Part shown: piece after piece, positions 61,832 through 64,000 of the stretch | How positions within the stretch are numbered: position 1 is the first letter of the stretch | Layout: each line of letters begins with the position of its first letter | Assembly (NCBI GenBank): GCA_963798485.1 | Contig: CAWCTR010000032.1 | Location: forward strand, 18,984-82,983 | Source: an uncultured delta proteobacterium | GTDB taxonomy: Bacteria > Desulfobacterota > Desulfomonilia > UBA1062 | Direction of reading: 5' to 3' | Length of the DNA stretch: 64,000 nt | Translations under genes and position numbers: made by a program | Notes under the pieces: model-generated | What the model was told of the DNA's origin: nothing | Databases searched by the model: none | The model's input: the letters and a program-made list of their open reading frames with translations, nothing else

Positions 61832-61975
61832 ACTGGGCAACTTCATTTAGGATAAGATGGACCTTCACAGAGGGTTCAAAAGAATTTTATCCTTCGTACT
61901 GCTATCCATCATTTTCTTGTTTTTTGTGCATCATTTTCCTACGGCCAATTGGGTTTCGTTCCTCAACCCACCTAC
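61832..61975. repeat. Tandem copy of 61606-61720 plus a lone right REP arm
   Basis: 226-bp offset duplication, then TTGGGTTTCGTTCCTCAACCCACCTAC. Confidence 0.85.
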
Positions 61976-61984
61976 GTGACTGGA

Positions 61985-63862
61985 CTATGCTGCGCTAAGC
62001 CCTTCGTGGTTAGATATCTTCGCTCCTTTGCTCCTCAATTTATGCGTCGTGCAGGTTGCCGCGCTGCCATTTGAAAACCTGCGTATCTCGTCGAGGAACC
62101 GGGGGCCATAGCGTTTGAGCTTGTAGTCGCCCACCCCGTGGATGAGGCGCAGCTCTTCACTCGTGGCGGGAAGACGCTCGGCCATCTGGGTAAGGGAGAC
62201 ATCGCTGAAGATGACAAAGGGCGGCACCCCTTCCTCGTCGGCCAGCTTTTTCCGCAGGGCGCGCAGTCTCTCAAAGAGGCCGTGATCATACTCCACGTCC
62301 CCGGCCTTCCGGCGGGAGCGCTTGGGGGCCGGCTCCGCCTTTGCGCGAGGCTCCGCCATGGCGAGGCTCTTTTCGCCGCGCAGCAGGGGCCAGGCTGCCG
62401 CGGTGAGCTTGAGCACCGAATAATCACCCACGTCCTGCAAAAGGAACCCGTGATGAACCAGGTGGCGCAGCAGGCCGGCCCAGTATTCCTGGCCCTTGTC
62501 CGCACCGATCCCGTAGGTGGAAAGCCTGTCGTGCCCAAGTTGGATCAGCCTCTCTTTCTTGGAGCCGCGCAGCACATCGATGACGTATGCCATGCCGAAG
62601 CGCTGCCCGACACGATAGACGCAGGACAGGGCCTTGCGTGCATCTTCCGTGACATCCACAAGCCCTCTCGGGTGCAGGCAGATATCGCAGTTGCCGCAAT
62701 CGTGATCGAGGCGTTCGCCGAAATAGCCCAGCAGGATGCGGCGCCTGCAGCTCAAGGCCTCGGCAAAACCCACCATGGAGCCGAGTTTGTGCAGCTCGAT
62801 GCGCCTCCGATCGGGATTACTCGTGTTCTCGATCAGGCCGCGGGCAATGGCTATGTCGCCATAACCGAACAGCAGAAGCGCCTCGGAGGCAAGGCCGTCG
62901 CGCCCGGCACGGCCTGTCTCCTGGTAGTAGCCCTCGATGTTTTTGGGGATGTCGTAGTGCACCACGAAGCGGATATTGGACTTGTCTATGCCCATGCCGA
63001 AGGCGACCGTGGCCACGATGATGCGGATATCGTCATGGAGGAAATCGTCCTGGGTCTTTTTGCGCTGAGAGGCGGTGAGACCCGCGTGGTAGGGCGCGGC
63101 CCTGAAACCGGCCTGGACGAGCCGGCCCGCCACCTGGTCCACCCGTTTACGGCTCAGAGCGTACACGATGCCCGCCCATTCACGGTGGGCCTGCAGATAC
63201 GCACTCAACTGGGCAAAGGGCCTTTGTTTTTCAACCACGGTATAGCGGATATTGGGCCGGTCGAAACCCGAGATAAAGCACCGGGCCTTCTGCAGGCCCA
63301 GGCGTTCCAGGATGTCCTTGAGGGTATGCGTCTCGGCCGTTGCGGTCAGGGCGATCATGGGGATTTGCGGGAACAGGCTGCGGAGCCTGCCCAGCTTCCG
63401 GTATTCCGGCCGGAAGTCATGCCCCCAATGGGAGATGCAATGCGCCTCGTCGATGGCGAACAGGGCGATGGGGATATCGGAGAGCCTCTCGATGAACTCC
63501 TCGCTCATCAACCGCTCCGGGGCGATATACAAGAGGTCCAGTTCCTTGCCGTGCAGCATGGCAAGCACCCTCCTGGCCTCGGCGCTCTCCAGGGATGAAT
63601 TGTAAAAGGCCGCCTTCACGCCGCAGACCCTCAAGGCATCGACCTGGTCCTTCATGAGGGAGATCAGGGGCGAAACCACGATGCCCACGCCCGCGCGGTG
63701 CAATGCCGGTATCTGGTAGCAGAGCGATTTGCCGCCGCCGGTGGGCATAAGGACAAAGGCGTCCTGACCCTGGATGAGTCCCTCGATGATCTCGCGCTGA
63801 TGGGGCCGGAAAGAATCGTACCCGAAGATGGTTTTCAGACTTGTCAGGGGATTATCGTTCAT
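61985..63862 (-). CDS. recQ: ATP-dependent DNA helicase RecQ
   Basis: MPTGGGKSLCYQ, DEAHC, QETGRAGRDG, CGNCDIC, HRDC domain. Confidence 0.96.
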   Translation of the reverse strand: MNDNPLTSLKTIFGYDSFRPHQREIIEGLIQGQDAFVLMPTGGGKSLCYQIPALHRAGVGIVVSPLISLMKDQVDALRVCGVKAAFYNSSLESAEARRVLAMLHGKELDLLYIAPERLMSEEFIERLSDIPIALFAIDEAHCISHWGHDFRPEYRKLGRLRSLFPQIPMIALTATAETHTLKDILERLGLQKARCFISGFDRPNIRYTVVEKQRPFAQLSAYLQAHREWAGIVYALSRKRVDQVAGRLVQAGFRAAPYHAGLTASQRKKTQDDFLHDDIRIIVATVAFGMGIDKSNIRFVVHYDIPKNIEGYYQETGRAGRDGLASEALLLFGYGDIAIARGLIENTSNPDRRRIELHKLGSMVGFAEALSCRRRILLGYFGERLDHDCGNCDICLHPRGLVDVTEDARKALSCVYRVGQRFGMAYVIDVLRGSKKERLIQLGHDRLSTYGIGADKGQEYWAGLLRHLVHHGFLLQDVGDYSVLKLTAAAWPLLRGEKSLAMAEPRAKAEPAPKRSRRKAGDVEYDHGLFERLRALRKKLADEEGVPPFVIFSDVSLTQMAERLPATSEELRLIHGVGDYKLKRYGPRFLDEIRRFSNGSAATCTTHKLRSKGAKISNHEGLSAA

Positions 63863-64000
63863 ACATACGCCTGTCACGAACAAAGAAGCATCCGTGAAAT
63901 GACCCGATCTTTAGTCTCTCTACCACAAGCATGTACGTTTGTCATGGTATGGGACAAGACCAGTCCGCGGCTATGGAGTTGACAAGCCAAGTCCCCTCTC

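Noticed and set aside
61683-61868. 61-aa ORF containing VGWVEERNPT
   Set aside because: It is a translation of the REP element
58930-61975. Repeats as a CRISPR array
   Set aside because: These are inverted doublets with a conserved inner spacer, with no regular repeat-spacer period and no cas genes
62138-63598. Long antisense ORFs (also 17817-19025, 47098-47922, 59033-59896, 51300-51986)
   Set aside because: They are shadow frames opposite well-supported genes and carry no motifs

Overview
Chromosomal window from what looks like an anaerobic deltaproteobacterium (Desulfobacterota-like; inferred from gene content only). It holds about 60 CDS: housekeeping genes (aconitase, gltX, pgm, asd, glk, recQ), oxygen/metal genes (rrf2-cydAB, fur-feoAB, ferritin-like protein), efflux and transport genes, and several regulators. 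I found no rRNA, tRNA, CRISPR array or transposase. Highlights: (1) a tight three-gene operon of a ParA ATPase fused to a glycogen-binding (CBM48/AMPK-beta-like) domain, a degenerate MinD/FlhG-like protein carrying the ParB-type LGRGL peptide, and a degenerate nuclease-fold protein, a candidate glycogen-granule positioning system; (2) an ArsR regulator with an in-frame UGA followed by a SECIS-like hairpin (candidate selenoprotein), next to a 36-bp perfect palindrome, a Cys-Cys-rich small protein and an MddA/nurim-like methyltransferase; (3) an ECF sigma regulon defined by three matching promoters, covering a caspase-family lipoprotein (with an in-frame amber codon), an LPP20-like lipoprotein and a trypsin-like protease; (4) GTAG-type REP doublets whose right ends mark the start of local tandem duplications, plus a mosaic REP cluster and a MITE. 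All family assignments come from motif recognition by eye, not database searches.
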